NCBI RefSeq assembly: GCF_009914755.1
Contig: NC_060933.1
Length of the DNA stretch: 64,000 bases
From: the human T2T-CHM13v2.0 reference genome, Homo sapiens
Direction: 5' to 3' (one strand)
A model generated the notes under the pieces. The model was not told the origin of the DNA, searched no databases, and saw nothing but the letters and a program-made list of their open reading frames with translations. Of this stretch, positions 57,879-64,000 are shown piece after piece; position 1 is the stretch's first letter; each line of letters opens with the position of its first letter. Position numbers and translations under genes: made by a program.

Positions 57879-58202
57879 CTGTGACAAGGAAGCAGACACT
57901 GGAGTGTGTGCCTCACTACGCTGGGTAATGACAAATAGGTTAAGGCCAGCAGTGACCCCCACACAAGCACTTTAAGCGAAGAAAAAAGAAACACATATCA
58001 TAAAGGTTTTGTAACCCACATCTTAAGATATGTTGCTATTGGTCTTATGACAGGAAAATGGTCCAGCTGTGAATTAGCTAAACCTTCTACTTAAGGTATC
58101 CTTCTCATTTTCTCTGTACATTTCCAATGAATGTTTCCACAACATGGGAGTAAGGAGAACAAGGTTTAATGACCTGAAATCTCTCATTTATCAGCATGTT
58201 AA

Positions 58203-58681
<479 letters not shown>

Positions 58682-59109
58682 TAGCCAGAGCAGAGGACCT
58701 CTGGTGTCAGAAGAGAAAATCAGCTGAGCGATTGCTGCCTTGGACGGAGGAGATTGAAATAGATTCCACTTGTGGATAATGCTCCTGTAACTGTTACCAA
58801 AGTTAACTCAGGCACTTAACATGACCGTAGGTATTGATACTTACTTGCCAATAAAATGACTACAGCCTTGTGGATGAGCGCCAGACAAGAAAACACATAC
58901 ACAGGTAAAGAATGCCAAATCCAGTCAGGTAAAGAAGCGAGCTAATTCCAGTCAAGCAGTGATGGAAATTAGCTGCAACCTCACCTAAGCTGCAACTCAG
59001 ATCAGATGATGGAATGTTGAAAGGGATTACAAACTGGCTGAGAAAGAAACATGGATGGTACAAGGAGAGTACAAGATGTGTGAGATTTGAAAAGCTAAAT
59101 CCCAGGTCA

Positions 59110-59400
59110 GGTTCGGCACGGTGGCTCATGCCCATAATCCCAGCACTTTAGGAGGCAGAGGTGGGTGAATCACCTGAAGTCAGGAGTTCGAGACCAGCAT
59201 GGCCAACATGGTGAAACCCTGTCTCTACTAAAAATACAAAAATTAGCCGGGCGTGGCGGCACATGCCTGTAATCCCAGCTACTCGGGAGGATGAAGCAGG
59301 AGAATTGCTTGAACCCAGGAGGCGGAGCTGAGATCATACCACTGCACTCCAGCCTGGGTGACAGGGCGAAACTCCATTTCAATTAATTAATTAATTAATT
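59110..59400 (+). mobile_element. AluS with (AATT)n tail
   Basis: TSD tcccaggt. Confidence 0.88.
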
Positions 59401-60230
59401 AGTCCCAGGTTAAAGGCAGGAACTTGGATTCACCATTGACAGAGAGAAGTGAACTCAACTCTAGCAAAGGGGTTAGTGCACCTGCACTTGGGTAAGCACA
59501 GAATTTATTTAATTCTAGAATCCTGCTAGAATTCAACACTCGGTCTTGGTCCTAGGCTCAAATCTCTGGTGAAGATCACAGTCACAAACCTTCAACACGA
59601 TAACCTCTGTTGGCCTGAGTGTGTTTATTACTAGAGGTGGTAGAGGGAAAAAAATCAGAATATCAAGCTTTACAAGTTGAAGAATAAACTTAACTTCAAA
59701 CTTAAATTTTGTAATCTTTGCAATACTGTGTGCATTGTAATTAAAACAATTTGAAAAGTTAAAGAAACTCTGTGGTTCTAATTTGAAATATATAATTGAT
59801 ATTAGACTTGCAATTTTAATTTGAAAGAAGAGCGTCGAAGTCTGCATCAGGATTTGAATGTTTTTAAGAAGCTGATTTACCCCATTTCTAAATTTGGTTT
59901 ATTCTATTTCAAAGAGTTGCTTAAGTACAGAAAGCAATCTACTAGCTTTGTTAATTGGCCTCAGGGGTTGGAATTGCTGAAGAAAAAGTAGGCAGCTCCC
60001 ATTTGTAAAAACAGTTGAAAATGCTTAAATTCTTTTAATTCACTAAGTTGTAAATGGAACTGATTTACAGTACATTGTTTAGGGGATTTTAATCAGCTAA
60101 ACTTGAGTTAATAAGCCATTTATCAAATAATGAAAGTAAATGTTCTTTTATAGAAAAATTGTTAGCCTTCTAAATAAGGCAATAATATTTGTAAGTTGAA
60201 CTTTAAGGCTTAAGAAAAAATCTAAGTTTC

Positions 60231-60532
60231 GGCCAGGTGTGGTGGCTCACGCCTGTAATCCCAGCAGTTTGGGAGGCCAAGGCAGGCAGATCACAAGGTC
60301 AGGAGATTGAGACCATCCTGGCCAACATGGTGAAACCCTGTCTCTAATAAAAATACAAAAAAAATTAGCCAGGCATGGTGGCATGCGCCTGTAATCCCAG
60401 CTACTCGGAGGCGCTGAGGCAGGAGAATTGCTTGAGCCTGAGAGGCGGAGGTTGCAGTGAGCCGGGATCGCACCACTGCACTTTAGCCTGGGCAACAGAG
60501 CGAGACTCTGTCTCAAAAAAAAAAAAAAAAAG
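60231..60532 (+). mobile_element. AluS
   Basis: TSD aaaatc(t/c)aagtttc. Confidence 0.9.
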
Positions 60533-61301
60533 AAAATCCAAGTTTCTCAAATTGTTATAATTTTAATAAATCTAACATTAATTTAGATTCCCAGGAGCTA
60601 TAAATAATCCTATTTATCCATACAATGAAAAAATTAAAAAACTCAAACTGATGCCACTGAGTGCCTGCTCTGCCAGGCCCTGGCTGTCAGAGGGGACCAT
60701 CCCATCCACAGCACCTGCCCCGGAGCCACTCAGACCCAGATCAGAGGAGAGAGCTGCACAGCAGCGGGAGCACAGCACAGGGCCCAGCCCAACGCAGGGG
60801 CAGAGAGGAGCTTCCTGCAGGCCGCCTATGCACCAGCACAGCCTTAAACCAAGGACAGCATGGATGTTCTTTATTTCCACTTTTGCTTTAAAATTCCAAC
60901 TCCAGGGTTCCAATCATGCAACATTTTCTCCATCCTCCATTTTTCTTTTCTTAAAAAAGGGTTGGGGGGAACCTCATCTCTTGACAAGATCTGGCTATAT
61001 TACCCAGGCGGGACATGAATGCCTGGGTTCAAGTGATCCTCCCGCCTGTCTTCCAAGTAGCTGGGACTACAGATGTGTGTCGTCACACCCAGCTCCATCT
61101 TAGTGAAACCACCTCAGCCTGCATTCAGAATCAGAAGACATCATGGATCTAAGATCCCAGCACCCATCCATCATGAGTGTGGGTGACTAGGACATCACTC
61201 ACCAGCTGGGCTGAGCCAAGGGAGGAGAATCCCTCCCTAACATTCTGGAGTGAGCCTCAGTGAGCAGCCATCCTCCTTAGCAACAGATGGCGGCTAGATA
61301 G

Positions 61302-61631
<330 letters not shown>

Positions 61632-62597
61632 TGCACTTCTTAATATACCCACTAGATGTCCCCAGAGAGGGCAAATATAGAACCACCAGGCTCAAAGTAG
61701 CAGTATATTACATTTTTTAAAAGAATCTATTTCTATATGCAAAAAAAACTTGCATAGTTCTTTGGCCAAAACCAAGACTTTGAACTAAAAGAACCTTCGT
61801 TAACTCAGTACTCAGTGCAAGGGAAACCTCACCACTTTTATTACTGAAAATATCAACCTCCACATGACTAGCTTTGATTTTACTATCTGTAGATTAATAA
61901 AATACAAAGATATTTAAAAGTATTGCTGAATTCTTAGTAACCTTTTTTACCATTCTATATTTTTTAGATAGGGTCTCACTCTGTTGCTCAGGCTGGAGTA
62001 CAGTGGCACAATCACAACTCACTGGGCTCACATGAGCCCAGCCTCCATCTTCTGGGCTCAGGTGGTCTTCCCACCTCAGCCTCCCAAAGTGCTGGGATTA
62101 CAGGTGTGAGCCACCACGCCCAGCGTGCTCTGTATTTTGAAGTCATGATATTATCTGTGTACATTTGAAATATAACAGCACATACATCTGATGCACATTT
62201 ATTCAGACAACAGAGGCCAGCTGAGTGTTCTGCTTCTAGGGCCCCCAGGGTGGAGGTGCCCAAGTAGAAACTCCTGGACCAGAGCCTCTGCTCAAAGCCT
62301 TCTTCTTCCTGTTCTAAAAACAGCACAAAAAGTAACTGCCTTACCCAACATTGTGGCAGTCACAAACAGAACTCAAATGACCTAGTTTATACCTTGTCAC
62401 TGATTACCGTTCCCTGCCCCAACAAATATAGAAACTCAACAAACGTTCAAATATTCACAGGCCACTTTTGCATTCTTTCCACCATCCACAATGGTACCCA
62501 AGCACATCATTCTCTTATAATTCCAGATTTCAAAGAATTCCAAGGAACCCCATCCTCACCATCTCTAGGAAGAACTCACTCCTAAGAACTCACAGAG

Positions 62598-63236
<639 letters not shown>

Positions 63237-63544
63237 ATAGATTTCTTGTATTTCTCACCTGCATTTTCACATCTATGATCTTCAAAACACTCCTCCACTG
63301 GTACTTGGAGAGTGGCTGTGGCCCACGGATTTTGTAAGCATACGCTGTCCATTTGCAAGTTTGATAATTGCTCAGCCATTGCAATTAAGCAATGTTCTGC
63401 TTTTGCGGCACCAATAATAACTAGCTTTTAAACTTTTATTTTTCACAGCCCTTTTGTGAGAGAACATTTTCACAGATCTTTTCTGTTGTGTTGTTAGGAA
63501 TACAGTAAGAAGGAATGATATTTGGCTTCCTCAATAAAGGAATC

Positions 63545-64000
63545 TATATTAGTCAGCGTTCCCCAGAGGAACGGAACCAATAGAACACACAAGTATAGAT
63601 ATATGAGAGGGGATTTATCAGGGGAATTGGCTCCCACAATTATGGAGGCTAAAAAGTCCCAAGACAGGCCATCTGCAAGTTGGAGACCCTGAGATGCCAG
63701 TAGCGTGGCTTAGGCCAAGTCCAAAGGCCTGAGAACGAGCGAAGCCTTTGGTGTAACTTGGTGGTCCAAGGCCAAAGGCCTCCTGACCACAGACTGCTGG
63801 TGGAAGCCCTAGATTCCCAAGGCCAGTGAGCCAGGAGTTCTGATGTCCAAGGCAGCAGAAGAAAGTCTGTCCCAGATTTCAAAGAGGGATGGATTCGCCT
63901 CTGTATTTGATCTCTCCATGCCCATGGCCAATTGGCTGGTGCCTGCCAACCATGAGGGCAAATCCTCCCCACCTGGTCCACTCAGACTCACAGGCCAATC
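63545..64000. mobile_element. MLT2 LTR (truncated by the window end)
   Basis: tattagtcagcgttccccagaggaacggaaccaatag...attggctcccacaattatggaggctaaaaagtccc. Confidence 0.8.

Noticed and set aside
60614-61103. 150-aa and 99-aa GC-rich ORFs in an SLC35D2 intron
   Set aside because: No recognisable domain or splice structure, and the longer ORF ends in an Alu monomer.

Overview
Human (primate) genomic DNA, repeat-dense, recognised from translation as the HSD17B3 / SLC35D2 locus (chr9q22 from prior knowledge). Both genes are on the minus strand, head-to-tail. The window holds the last three coding exons and 3' UTR of SLC35D2 (57878-57800, 55789-55707, 55050-54951) and about 18.5 kb of intergenic DNA. 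It then holds HSD17B3 exon 1 (ATG 35813, donor after 35660), exon 2 (31842-31796, TGAGDGIG Rossmann motif) and about 31.8 kb of intron 2. The rest is mostly transposons: about 50 Alus, old L1/L2/MIR, MaLR/ERVL/ERV1 LTRs and DNA transposons. The most striking structures are (1) a complete MER41A-int-MER41A provirus with ACCA TSD, tRNA-Arg PBS and PPT, nested in an older LTR and invaded by five Alus, (2) a three-layer Alu nest with a near-pristine AluYa5-type element just inside HSD17B3 intron 1, and (3) a triplicated TSD from two Alu insertions at one site. Nearly all ORFs in the supplied track are Alu/L1/microsatellite artefacts. I found no evidence of a novel protein-coding system; the findings are structural or regulatory hypotheses. 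Repeat subfamily names come from recalled consensus sequences and repeat boundaries are approximate.
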